Source: a virus
IMG/VR virus record: IMGVR_UViG_3300045391_002463
Length of the DNA stretch: 60,341 nucleotides
Direction: 5' to 3' (one strand)
Program-made: the position numbers and the translations under genes
Notes under the pieces: generated by a model
Told to the model about the DNA's origin: nothing
Seen by the model: only the letters and a program-made list of their open reading frames with translations
The model's database searches: none
Shown: piece by piece, positions 50,989 through 58,381 of the stretch
Position numbering within the stretch: the stretch's first letter is position 1
Layout of the letters: each line of letters begins with the position of its first letter

Positions 50989-51276
50989 GTGCTGATCGCG
51001 GACGACCAACCTTGCGAAAACTGGTTCGATGAAATGGTTGAGAAGGCGGGCTTGGCGGCCCGCTGGCGGATAGCGGCGCGGATGGTTCCGGCCGCAGCGG
51101 CTGCTCTTGGCAGAGCGGCCGACAGGAAGAGCGAGGCGGCAACCGCGCTCTTGATGCAGAATTTGGACGCCCAGGACCGCATCACGCTGATCCTGGGCGC
51201 TTTCACGTCGCGTGGGGCTGGGGGGGCGAGGGCTGGCGGCGCGAAGGGAAGCGCCAGACCGGCCGTTGCCGACTGA
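50989..51276 (+). CDS. hypothetical protein (opposite strand to the early operon)
   Basis: 95-aa track ORF with a GTG start. Hand-counted GC3 is about 75%. The antisense ORFs here translate to R/H/P-rich junk. Confidence 0.45.
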   Translation: MLIADDQPCENWFDEMVEKAGLAARWRIAARMVPAAAAALGRAADRKSEAATALLMQNLDAQDRITLILGAFTSRGAGGARAGGAKGSARPAVAD

Positions 51277-51321
51277 CCTGGCGCGTGCTCCGTTGGGAAC
51301 TGGCAAGAACTCAACGGGGCA

Positions 51322-51567
51322 ATGGGAATGGACGGCGAGGTCAAAGCGCGACTGCAGGCCATCGAAAACATGATGGTCCTGGCGCTGGGAGAGGGCGTTT
51401 CCCTGGAGACCCTCGCGCGACACTACGACGTCGCGCAGATGCACCTGAACAAACGCACCGAGCGGGGCAAAAGTCGAGACACGCCGGAAAGCATCCTGAG
51501 CGCGTCCATGATGGAAATGCTGGAGTTGGCGATCAAGCATGCGAGGGCCCACCAGCAATCCGATTGA
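51322..51567 (+). CDS. hypothetical protein (opposite strand to the early operon)
   Basis: 81-aa track ORF. Hand-counted GC3 is about 80%. Confidence 0.5.
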   Translation: MGMDGEVKARLQAIENMMVLALGEGVSLETLARHYDVAQMHLNKRTERGKSRDTPESILSASMMEMLELAIKHARAHQQSD

Positions 51568-51715
51568 TGTGGGCCTCGCGTTCTTCCGGCGTCATCGCCT
51601 CCCAGCGATCACTCACGGTATCGGCGACTTCGATACCTTCCGGGCCGTATGCGCGGAGCGCAAAGGCTCGCAGCTGCTGCCGGCTCGCAACATCGACGCG
51701 CGCCCCCTGCCCCAC
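51533..51715 (-). CDS. hypothetical protein
   Basis: 60-aa track ORF with a GTG start and GGAGGG upstream. Its 3' end overlaps the convergent 51322..51567 by 35 nt. Confidence 0.45.
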   Translation of the reverse strand: MGQGARVDVASRQQLRAFALRAYGPEGIEVADTVSDRWEAMTPEEREAHINRIAGGPSHA

Positions 51716-51718
51716 CCC

Positions 51719-51868
51719 TCAGGCCCTCCGCCAGTTGACGCGCGCGTTGCCGCGGGCTGGGAGGTTGAGGCGGCGGTCGATCCTGAAAGCGTCGTCCGCC
51801 CTCTTGAAGGCGATCGAGCCGAGGCCGATGGCGGCGCAGAAGCAGGCGATGGCGAGAAGGATCGACAT
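51719..51868 (-). CDS. small membrane peptide
   Basis: 49-aa ORF not in the track (MSILLAIACFCAAIGLGSIAF...) with an ATGA overlap to the cro-like stop. Confidence 0.4.
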   Translation of the reverse strand: MSILLAIACFCAAIGLGSIAFKRADDAFRIDRRLNLPARGNARVNWRRA

Positions 51869-52071
51869 CAGGCGGTCTGCCCCTCGATGGCCTTCAGGTC
51901 GGCCAGGGTGATGTCCTCATAGGCCTCGACAATTTCGGGCCAGACAGTCCGGGGGAGTTTGTTGCGATGCTTCATCATGCGGACGGCGCCGGGGTCGCTG
52001 CCGATCGCTTTCGCGAAAGCGGCGGGTCCTCCTTTGGCTTCGATCAGCTCGGCAGCGGTCTGAAACATCAT
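51868..52071 (-). CDS. Cro-like HTH regulator
   Basis: 67 aa, divergent from the cI-like gene across a 43-bp operator region. Confidence 0.6.
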   Translation of the reverse strand: MMFQTAAELIEAKGGPAAFAKAIGSDPGAVRMMKHRNKLPRTVWPEIVEAYEDITLADLKAIEGQTA

Positions 52072-52078
52072 TCCAAGA

Positions 52079-52144
52079 CGTTACTCGTAGTTACGGACGG
52101 GTTCAAGGGCTTTCGTGACCGACAGTAACGTCACCGTCAGTTAC
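52079..52144. promoter_or_regulatory. operator cluster between the cro-like and cI-like genes (GTTAC half-sites)
   Basis: GTTAC at 52080, 52090 and 52140 and GTAAC at 52125. CGTTACTCGTAGTTACG has direct half-sites 10 bp apart. GTAAC-N10-GTTAC is an inverted pair. Confidence 0.55.
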
Positions 52145-52558
52145 CTTCGGCGCATGGCTAGAGACCGCGGAGACCTACGCTGGCAGCACCTAGAGCACGC
52201 CTGGCAACGGCTGTTGTGGGCTCGAGAGACCCATGGGGCGTACCGAAGCGCCGCCTCATTCGCGCGGAAGACCGGCCTAGGCGAGCATGGCTACAAGGCC
52301 TACGAGCGCGACCCTGACCGCTCTAAAAACACCCCGCTCGACTTCGAACATGCAGTTCAGTGGGCCGACCTGCTCGATGTGCGTTGGGAATGGCTGCTGC
52401 GGCGCGAGGGAACTCCCTGGCGCGACGAGGAGCCCAAACGGTTCAGCGCGGAGGTCGAGGAAGTAGCGACGATGCTGGAGAACGCGCCGGCCGACGAAAA
52501 GGCCGAGCTGGTGAAGGCTGTCAAGACCATCCTCGGCAGGACGGGCACGGGCGGCTAG
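52115..52558 (+). CDS. cI-like XRE-family repressor without a peptidase domain
   Basis: 147 aa with a GTG start (ATG 52154 is an alternative). SAASFARKTGLGEHGYKAYE is an HTH. It is divergent from the cro-like gene. Confidence 0.6.
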   Translation: MTDSNVTVSYLRRMARDRGDLRWQHLEHAWQRLLWARETHGAYRSAASFARKTGLGEHGYKAYERDPDRSKNTPLDFEHAVQWADLLDVRWEWLLRREGTPWRDEEPKRFSAEVEEVATMLENAPADEKAELVKAVKTILGRTGTGG

Positions 52559-52812
52559 TGGGCAAGGGCACGGCAACCCTGATCGCCATGCGCCAGAAGC
52601 CGCATGATGACTGGAAGATCGAGGATGTGCGCCTCGCTTGCGCTGCGTTCAATGTCCGCTTAGCAACCCCGAAAGGCGGTTCGCATTACAAGGTATCGCA
52701 CCCTAGCCAGGTCGAGATCCTGACCATTCCTGCGCGGCGGCCGATCAAGCCCGTGTACATCAGGAAGCTGGTCACCTACATTGAGGCGGTGAGGAGAAGT
52801 CAAGAGCGATGA
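52558..52812 (+). CDS. hicA: HicA-family toxin (start GTG 52558 or ATG 52588)
   Basis: PKGGSHYKVSHPSQVEILTIPARRPIKPVYIRKLV matches the HicA core. It lies inside track ORF 52360..52812. Confidence 0.6.
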   Translation: MGKGTATLIAMRQKPHDDWKIEDVRLACAAFNVRLATPKGGSHYKVSHPSQVEILTIPARRPIKPVYIRKLVTYIEAVRRSQER

Positions 52813-53030
52813 AGCCGACCGATTACACGGTGATCATCGAACCGCTCGCCGACGAAGACGGTGGAGGCTTCCTGGCCCGCGTCCCAGAGCTTCCCGGCTG
52901 CATGTCCGACGGCGAAACGGACATCGAAGCGCTCGAAAACGCGCACGACGCCATCCGCGAATGGATCGACCACGCGCAAGAGTTGGGCCGGCCGATTCCG
53001 AGCGCCGCTGCGGCTCGGATACCCGCCTAA
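52809..53030 (+). CDS. hicB: HicB-family antitoxin
   Basis: 73 aa. YTVIIEPLADEDGGGFLARVPELPGCMSDGETDIEALENAHDAIREWI matches the HicB N-domain, with an ATGA overlap to hicA. Confidence 0.7.
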   Translation: MKPTDYTVIIEPLADEDGGGFLARVPELPGCMSDGETDIEALENAHDAIREWIDHAQELGRPIPSAAAARIPA

Positions 53031-53311
53031 GCCCTAGGCAGTTCATCGGCTCGCTCACCGAATTTGGCGACGGTGACCGCCTCTTCCCAGTAGTCGGCCT
53101 CAGGGTTGCCCCTAACCCGGCACACACGGACGGCGGGAGCGCGCAGCCCTGCGCGGCGTCCCGCGCGGAGCGCCAACTCCATGTTGGCGAACTGCTCCAG
53201 CTTTCCCTCGACCAGCTGGCCCCGATCGCGCCAGTACGAGCGCACATAGAACAGCGTCAAAAGCGTCGGCGCGGGCTCGACTAAGCGAGCGATCTGGATG
53301 ATTTCCCCCAT
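53027..53311 (-). CDS. hypothetical protein
   Basis: Start at ATG 53311 inside track ORF 53027..53395. It is convergent with hicB and divergent from the rightward early operon. Confidence 0.4.
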   Translation of the reverse strand: MGEIIQIARLVEPAPTLLTLFYVRSYWRDRGQLVEGKLEQFANMELALRAGRRAGLRAPAVRVCRVRGNPEADYWEEAVTVAKFGERADELPRA

Positions 53312-53352
53312 GGGCAAACCGTGGCGGCCGCCTACGTCAATATCGGTCGTGC

Positions 53353-53412
53353 GGTAAAAATCGTAACACCGCGTTACGTTTCTGGTGGACAGCAATCGTT
53401 ACCCGTGGTTAC
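53353..53412. promoter_or_regulatory. second operator cluster upstream of the rightward early operon (GTTAC half-sites)
   Basis: CGTAAC-ACCGC-GTTACG is an inverted repeat at 53362-53378. CGTTACCCGTGGTTAC at 53397-53412 has direct half-sites 10 bp apart, the same architecture as at 52079-52095. Confidence 0.55.
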
Positions 53413-53439
53413 ATCTCCCTGTCGAACGGGGAGAGACCC

Positions 53440-53967
53440 ATGGCCGCCACCGCAGCCGAGATCAGCAAGACCTTCACCGCCGCGCAGGTTGCGCTGGACG
53501 CCGCCCAGGTCGAGTGCCTGGCGGACGAAATCCGCCGCTACGGCTCGCTCGCCAACACCATCGCGGCGCTTCGGATTGAGGCCGACTATGCGGACTACGG
53601 TTCGCCGGTTCGCGGCTCGCTGAAGGTCGCCGAGGCCTATGAGCGGGCCCTGCGCGAGCAGGCCGATCCGCACCTCAAGGTGAAGCGGTTCCGTACCCAC
53701 GCCGCCGATCTTCGTGAACAGGCCGGCCGCAGCGCCGATGACGCCGCCGACTACCTGAAGATGGCGCGGGCTCGGCTCGACGCGGGCAACGCCGACAGCA
53801 CCTACCGCAACCTTCTGGCCTCGTATCGCGCCGCCGCTCAGCAGTCGGGCGATCTGATCAAGCAGGCCCTGGCGGTCAGCGACGAAGCGGCCCGGATCGA
53901 ACTCGAAGCTGTCCAGGCGGAAACGGGCCGGCTGACGGCCTCCAACACCAGCATGAAGGCGGCCTGA
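53440..53967 (+). CDS. hypothetical helical protein
   Basis: 175-aa track ORF with GGGGAGAG upstream. It is the first gene of the rightward operon. Confidence 0.55.
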   Translation: MAATAAEISKTFTAAQVALDAAQVECLADEIRRYGSLANTIAALRIEADYADYGSPVRGSLKVAEAYERALREQADPHLKVKRFRTHAADLREQAGRSADDAADYLKMARARLDAGNADSTYRNLLASYRAAAQQSGDLIKQALAVSDEAARIELEAVQAETGRLTASNTSMKAA

Positions 53968-53970
53968 GCC

Positions 53971-54213
53971 ATGAGCGAGCATCCTGTCGAACAGCCGATC
54001 CGCGAAATCGACGTCTACCTCAGCGAGGAGGGATCGATCGGCTACCGGGTCGGAGTGCTCGGGGTCACCCGTATCGAGGCCTGCACGAAGTCCGGTCTGC
54101 ACGCCCACATCCCCTACGTCCGCGTCTGGAAGGGCGATGTCTGCGAGGCCGAGTTCTGCCAGCACAACATCGTCGGCGTCTACTTCACGCCCGCAGCGAC
54201 CGAGGCGGCCTGA
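53971..54213 (+). CDS. hypothetical protein
   Basis: 80-aa track ORF. Confidence 0.5.
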   Translation: MSEHPVEQPIREIDVYLSEEGSIGYRVGVLGVTRIEACTKSGLHAHIPYVRVWKGDVCEAEFCQHNIVGVYFTPAATEAA

Positions 54214-54216
54214 GCC

Positions 54217-55449
54217 ATGAGCAGCATCGTCTCCCTGACGAACCCCGGCCTGATCCCGATGGAGGCCGTGACCACGATGGGCGTCTCCGCCAAGGACGGC
54301 GAGAACCCCATCGGCTTCTTCGGCACCGGCCTGAAGTACGCCATCGCCTCGCTGCTGCGGACCAGCCATCGCATCACGATCTGGCGCGGCCTCGACCGCT
54401 ACGACTTCGAGCGCGAGCCCGGCGAGGTGCGCGGCAAGGAGTTCGACTTCATCCGCATGAGCGGGCCGGAAGGCTCGCAGCGGCTGGGCTTCACGACGCA
54501 CCTCGGCGCCCACTGGAAGATGTGGCAGGTGTTCCGCGAGCTCTACTCCAACTGCCTGGACGAGAGCGGCGATATCGCCTTCAACCGGGTCGAGCCGGCC
54601 GACGGCCACACGACGATCTGGGTGACGGGAACGGCCTTCGCCGATGCCGCCCAGAACCGCGCCCGCTACTTCGTCAGCACCAAGCCCATCTATTCGGGCA
54701 AGGAAGTCGAGGTCCACCCGGGCACGAGCTTCGGCCTGTTCTATCGCGGCGTGCTGGTGGCCGAGTACGACAAGCCGAGCGCCTACACCTACAACGTCAC
54801 GGAGTCGCTGACGCTCACGGAAGACCGGACCCTCGCGAGCGAGTGGTACGCCCGGTACTACATCGCCCGCACCCTGCAGAACTGCACCGACCGGCGCGTC
54901 GTCGAGCAGGCCCTGACCAACACGGCCGGCTTCGAAAGCGTCCTGACCTTCGACAGCCCTTCGGCCGAATTCGCCGAGCTGATCCTCGATCTTTGCGAGC
55001 GCAAGGGCGTCACTAGCGTCGTCGGCTCGGCGGTCAAGAGCGCCGAGCAGTGGGCGCAGCGCGAGGCGAAGGTCAAGCCGGCCGAACTGTCCCGCCATGA
55101 TCTGGCGGAGATCGACGACGCCAAGGGCTTCTTGGCCCGCATCGGCTACCCCGTGCGCCATCCCATCGTCGTCGCCGAAACCCTCGGTCCTGACGTGTTC
55201 GGTATGGCGAAGAACGAGACGATCTATCTGGCCCGCGCGACCATCAACCGGGGCGGCAACTTCCTGGTCGGCACGATCCTCGAAGAGCACCTGCACCTGA
55301 CCCAGGGCTTCCGCGACGAGAGCCGACGGTTCCAGGACTTCCTGATCGATCTGGTCGTGAAGCTCGCTCGCGATGCGGCGCGGTCCGCACCTGCCGAGCG
55401 CCCGGCCTTTGAGCCGGTCAGGCGCGAACTCGAAGAGGTGCCGTTCTGA
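54217..55449 (+). CDS. hypothetical 410-aa early protein
   Basis: Track ORF. It contains GFFGTGLKYAIAS and FRELYSNCLDE, which resemble Bergerat-fold boxes but occur in non-canonical order. Confidence 0.55.
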   Translation: MSSIVSLTNPGLIPMEAVTTMGVSAKDGENPIGFFGTGLKYAIASLLRTSHRITIWRGLDRYDFEREPGEVRGKEFDFIRMSGPEGSQRLGFTTHLGAHWKMWQVFRELYSNCLDESGDIAFNRVEPADGHTTIWVTGTAFADAAQNRARYFVSTKPIYSGKEVEVHPGTSFGLFYRGVLVAEYDKPSAYTYNVTESLTLTEDRTLASEWYARYYIARTLQNCTDRRVVEQALTNTAGFESVLTFDSPSAEFAELILDLCERKGVTSVVGSAVKSAEQWAQREAKVKPAELSRHDLAEIDDAKGFLARIGYPVRHPIVVAETLGPDVFGMAKNETIYLARATINRGGNFLVGTILEEHLHLTQGFRDESRRFQDFLIDLVVKLARDAARSAPAERPAFEPVRRELEEVPF

Positions 55450-55613
55450 TGACCAAGCCCGTCTTCCACTCCCTGTCCGTCTGCGCTGGCTGCGGGTGCA
55501 GCGGCGACGACTTCGGATCCGTCAACGTCGAGGCTTTTGAGGTCACCGGCGAACTCTACTGCGAAGAGTGCGCGGAAGAGGCCATTGCCAACGCCGAAGG
55601 CGAGGCAGCCTGA
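55449..55613 (+). CDS. small zinc-ribbon-like protein
   Basis: 54-aa ORF not in the track (CAGCGC ... CEEC) with overlapping stops and starts on both sides. Confidence 0.45.
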   Translation: MTKPVFHSLSVCAGCGCSGDDFGSVNVEAFEVTGELYCEECAEEAIANAEGEAA

Positions 55614-55996
55614 TGGACGGCTCCCTTCCCATTCCGACCCTCCGCGCCCAGCGCAAGGCCGAGACCCGCCAGACGGTGCTCCGCGCCGCCAAGGCCGCCT
55701 TCGAGCTGAAGGGCTTTTGCGGCGTCGACGTCCGCACCATCGCGCGCTCGGCTGGGCTCTCGACGGGCGCGGTCTACGCCAGCTTCCCCAGCAAGGCTGC
55801 GCTGTACGAGGCGGCCACCGGGAAGACGGCGCCGACGCCGGCGATGATGGAGGCCAGCCCGGAGATGTTGCGGGCGGCCAAGCACGCCGAGGCGGTGCTG
55901 GATGGCGCGTTCTTGGAGCTGCCCGACGTGCCGTCCTTCCGTGAGGCGCGGGATGCCCTGCGCGAAGCCATCGCGAAGGCTGAGGCCCAGCCATGA
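55613..55996 (+). CDS. short TetR-type HTH protein
   Basis: Start at ATG 55613 inside track ORF 55568..55996. RQTVLRAAKAAFELKGFCGVDVRTIARSAGLSTGAVYASFPSKAALY matches the TetR N-terminal domain. Confidence 0.6.
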   Translation: MDGSLPIPTLRAQRKAETRQTVLRAAKAAFELKGFCGVDVRTIARSAGLSTGAVYASFPSKAALYEAATGKTAPTPAMMEASPEMLRAAKHAEAVLDGAFLELPDVPSFREARDALREAIAKAEAQP

Positions 55997-56247
55997 GCAT
56001 CGCCTACGCCGCCGGCCCTCCCGGCTACGTCGTCCACAAGACCGGCGCCCGCTTCGACCGCGAGGCCTGCGAGGCGATCCAGCGCTACCTCGTCCGCGAA
56101 ATCGCGAGCCCGGCCTGGGGTCCTGAGCTGACCGAGGGCCGGAAGCGGGACCTCGCCGATCTTGAGGCTGCGATGGCGGCCAGCTTCACCGACTTCCTGC
56201 CCGCGACGAGCGGGCTGATGACCACCATGAATGCGGAGGGCTGCTGA
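55993..56247 (+). CDS. hypothetical protein
   Basis: 84-aa track ORF. Confidence 0.5.
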   Translation: MSIAYAAGPPGYVVHKTGARFDREACEAIQRYLVREIASPAWGPELTEGRKRDLADLEAAMAASFTDFLPATSGLMTTMNAEGC

Positions 56248-56248
56248 C

Positions 56249-56689
56249 ATGCAGGGCCGTGACCATCATCGGTTTTACGTCTTCGAGGAAGACGGCAAGC
56301 CCTACTTCCACCCCTACACGCCATGGGGCGCACAGCAGGTTCTTCCGAACCTCGAAGAGATCACCGACCCGTCTGCGGCGCTGTTCGAGATCGCGGTGAC
56401 AACGGCGCTCCAGAACGCTCCCTACAATCTGGCGTTCAAGCTGCCGGGCGCAACCTACTCCAAATACTGCACGGTGTTCCTGCGTGGGCTGCCCGGCGGC
56501 GGCACCGCTTGGGACGGCTCGGGCGTGCTGATCGAGATGCACAACTCGATGAAGCCGCGCGTCTTCAAGTTCGCCCTCTGCAAGCACGAGAAGACCGAGG
56601 AGGGCCACAACCCGAACCACGGTCGCGGCTGGCATCCCGGCCACTGCAAGCACTGCGGTCTGAACATGACCGTCGACAGCGGGGACTGA
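56249..56689 (+). CDS. hypothetical protein with a C-terminal Cys/His cluster
   Basis: Start at ATG 56249 inside track ORF 56231..56689. It contains CKHEK...HPGHCKHCG. Confidence 0.5.
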   Translation: MQGRDHHRFYVFEEDGKPYFHPYTPWGAQQVLPNLEEITDPSAALFEIAVTTALQNAPYNLAFKLPGATYSKYCTVFLRGLPGGGTAWDGSGVLIEMHNSMKPRVFKFALCKHEKTEEGHNPNHGRGWHPGHCKHCGLNMTVDSGD

Positions 56690-56690
56690 T

Positions 56691-56921
56691 ATGCGCGCCC
56701 TCCGCTCCGACATCGTCCAGCACCTCGGCGACACCCGGCGCAATCGGCCGACCGTGCGCGGCTACTGCTTGGCCATTCTCGCGGCATTCGTGCTGGCCGC
56801 TGTCGCCTCGTTCCTGACCGGCCTGCTCGGATCACAAGCGCTGATCGACCTCGCCGAGGCGGCGGTGTTCAGCGCCGGGTTGGCCTTCCTGTTCATCTGG
56901 GCGGCGAGGCGGTCGCGATGA
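56691..56921 (+). CDS. small membrane protein
   Basis: 76-aa track ORF with two hydrophobic segments. Confidence 0.5.
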   Translation: MRALRSDIVQHLGDTRRNRPTVRGYCLAILAAFVLAAVASFLTGLLGSQALIDLAEAAVFSAGLAFLFIWAARRSR

Positions 56922-57136
56922 TGACGCCCCGCGAGAGCTTCGAAGAGATCGCGCGCCTCCTGACCGTGGCCGTCGATCAGCTGAGCGAGCTGCCGGATAG
57001 CCCGGCCACCATCGACCTGCTGAGCACCCTGGTCGGCGCCCACACCCATGCGCCGCTCCAAGCCGGAACGCTGCTCAAGCGCGAGCGCGCCGGCGATCTG
57101 TTCGCGATGCCCTGTCCGACGGAGAGCCTGAATTGA
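56918..57136 (+). CDS. hypothetical protein
   Basis: 72-aa track ORF. Confidence 0.45.
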   Translation: MMTPRESFEEIARLLTVAVDQLSELPDSPATIDLLSTLVGAHTHAPLQAGTLLKRERAGDLFAMPCPTESLN

Positions 57137-57423
57137 CCCTCCGCACCCGCAAGACCGACAAGCCGCGCCGCCGCCTGACCGAAGCCCAACAGGCCGCCAA
57201 CGCCCGCTCCTTCCGCATCTTCCGGCTGCGCGGGCTCTACAGCTTCGCCGCCCTGCTCTCGCCGGCGCGGGCCGCCGTGATGCGCGGGCTGATCGACGAC
57301 GAGCTGCAGAGCCTCGGCGCCATGTCCCAGACCGCCCGCGAGGCCGTCATCCGAGACGCCCTGGCCCGCGCCGATGAGCGCGAGCGCCAGCGCGAAGAAA
57401 TGTTCGCCGAACTGCCTTTCTGA
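57133..57423 (+). CDS. hypothetical protein
   Basis: 96-aa track ORF with a non-ATG start. Confidence 0.45.
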   Translation: MTLRTRKTDKPRRRLTEAQQAANARSFRIFRLRGLYSFAALLSPARAAVMRGLIDDELQSLGAMSQTAREAVIRDALARADERERQREEMFAELPF

Positions 57424-57434
57424 AGGAGCCGCCC

Positions 57435-58373
57435 ATGAAGCCGATCAAGCTCAAGCCCGGCGCGAAGATCACGCGCAACGGCGTCTACGACCTGACCATG
57501 GCCGAGTACCACGATCAGCCTTGCGACGGGCCCAGCATCTCGTCGAGCGGGCTGCGCACGATCTGGTCGCGCTCGCCGGCCCACTACTTCGAAGAGAGCA
57601 GCCTCAACCCGGCCCCCAAGGAGCCCGAGGAGCGCCCGCATTTCAGCCTGGGGCGCGCCGCCCACCACCTGCTGCTGCAGGGCCGCAAGGGCTTCGACGC
57701 CGAGTTCGCGGTCCGCCCCGACAAGTGGAAGGACTGGCGCACCGACGCGGCGAAGGAGTGGAGGGCCGACCAGATCGCCGCCGGCCTGACGATCATCACC
57801 GACAACGAACTGGCCAACATCGCCGGCATGGCGCGGAGCCTGTCGGTGCATCCGCTGGTCAAGGCGGGCATCCTCGACGGCGCCGTGGAGCGCTCGCTGA
57901 TCTGGCGCGACCCTGACACCGGCATGTGGTGCAAGAGCCGCCCCGACGCGATCCCCAACACCAGCGGGGACGTCGCCGACCTGAAGACCTGCGTCAGCGT
58001 CTCCACCGATGCCCTGCGCCGGTCCCTGGCCGACTACGGCTATCACCAGCAAGGCGCTCTGGTCGGCGAGGCGTTCCGCCAAGTCCTCGGCCGCGAGATG
58101 CAGACCTTCACCCTGGTCTGGGTCGAGAAGGAAGCGCCGTGGTGCGTGCGCGTGACCACCATCACGCCCGAGGACCTGGCCCGCGGCGCCATGCAGAACG
58201 CCGCCGCCCTGCGTCTGTTCGCCGAGTGTGTGGCCAGTGGCGAGTGGCCCGGGCCCGGCGGCGCCCAGCAGGATGGCGAGTACCTGCCGATCAGCGATTG
58301 GGCCGCCAAGTCGATCGACGCCGAGATCGAAGCCTTCAAGACCGCCCATCCCTACCAGCACGCCGCCGAATAG
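57435..58373 (+). CDS. PD-(D/E)XK exonuclease, RecE/DUF3799-like
   Basis: 312 aa with MAEYH, SRPDAI...GDVADLKT and YGYHQQ. It is paired with recT. Confidence 0.65.
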   Translation: MKPIKLKPGAKITRNGVYDLTMAEYHDQPCDGPSISSSGLRTIWSRSPAHYFEESSLNPAPKEPEERPHFSLGRAAHHLLLQGRKGFDAEFAVRPDKWKDWRTDAAKEWRADQIAAGLTIITDNELANIAGMARSLSVHPLVKAGILDGAVERSLIWRDPDTGMWCKSRPDAIPNTSGDVADLKTCVSVSTDALRRSLADYGYHQQGALVGEAFRQVLGREMQTFTLVWVEKEAPWCVRVTTITPEDLARGAMQNAAALRLFAECVASGEWPGPGGAQQDGEYLPISDWAAKSIDAEIEAFKTAHPYQHAAE

Positions 58374-58381
58374 GAGCCGCC

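Noticed and set aside
53374-55296. 640-aa minus-strand ORF. Similar long antisense ORFs occur at 22297-23796, 24849-26000, 26130-27404, 34715-36556 and 57237-58361.
   Set aside because: All lie opposite genes with clear family signatures or coding-type third-position GC, and their products are low-complexity Arg/Gly/Asp/His strings.
54217-55449. Calling the 410-aa early protein a GHKL/rIIA-type ATPase
   Set aside because: The two box-like motifs are in the wrong order and no DxGxG box is evident, so it is kept as hypothetical.
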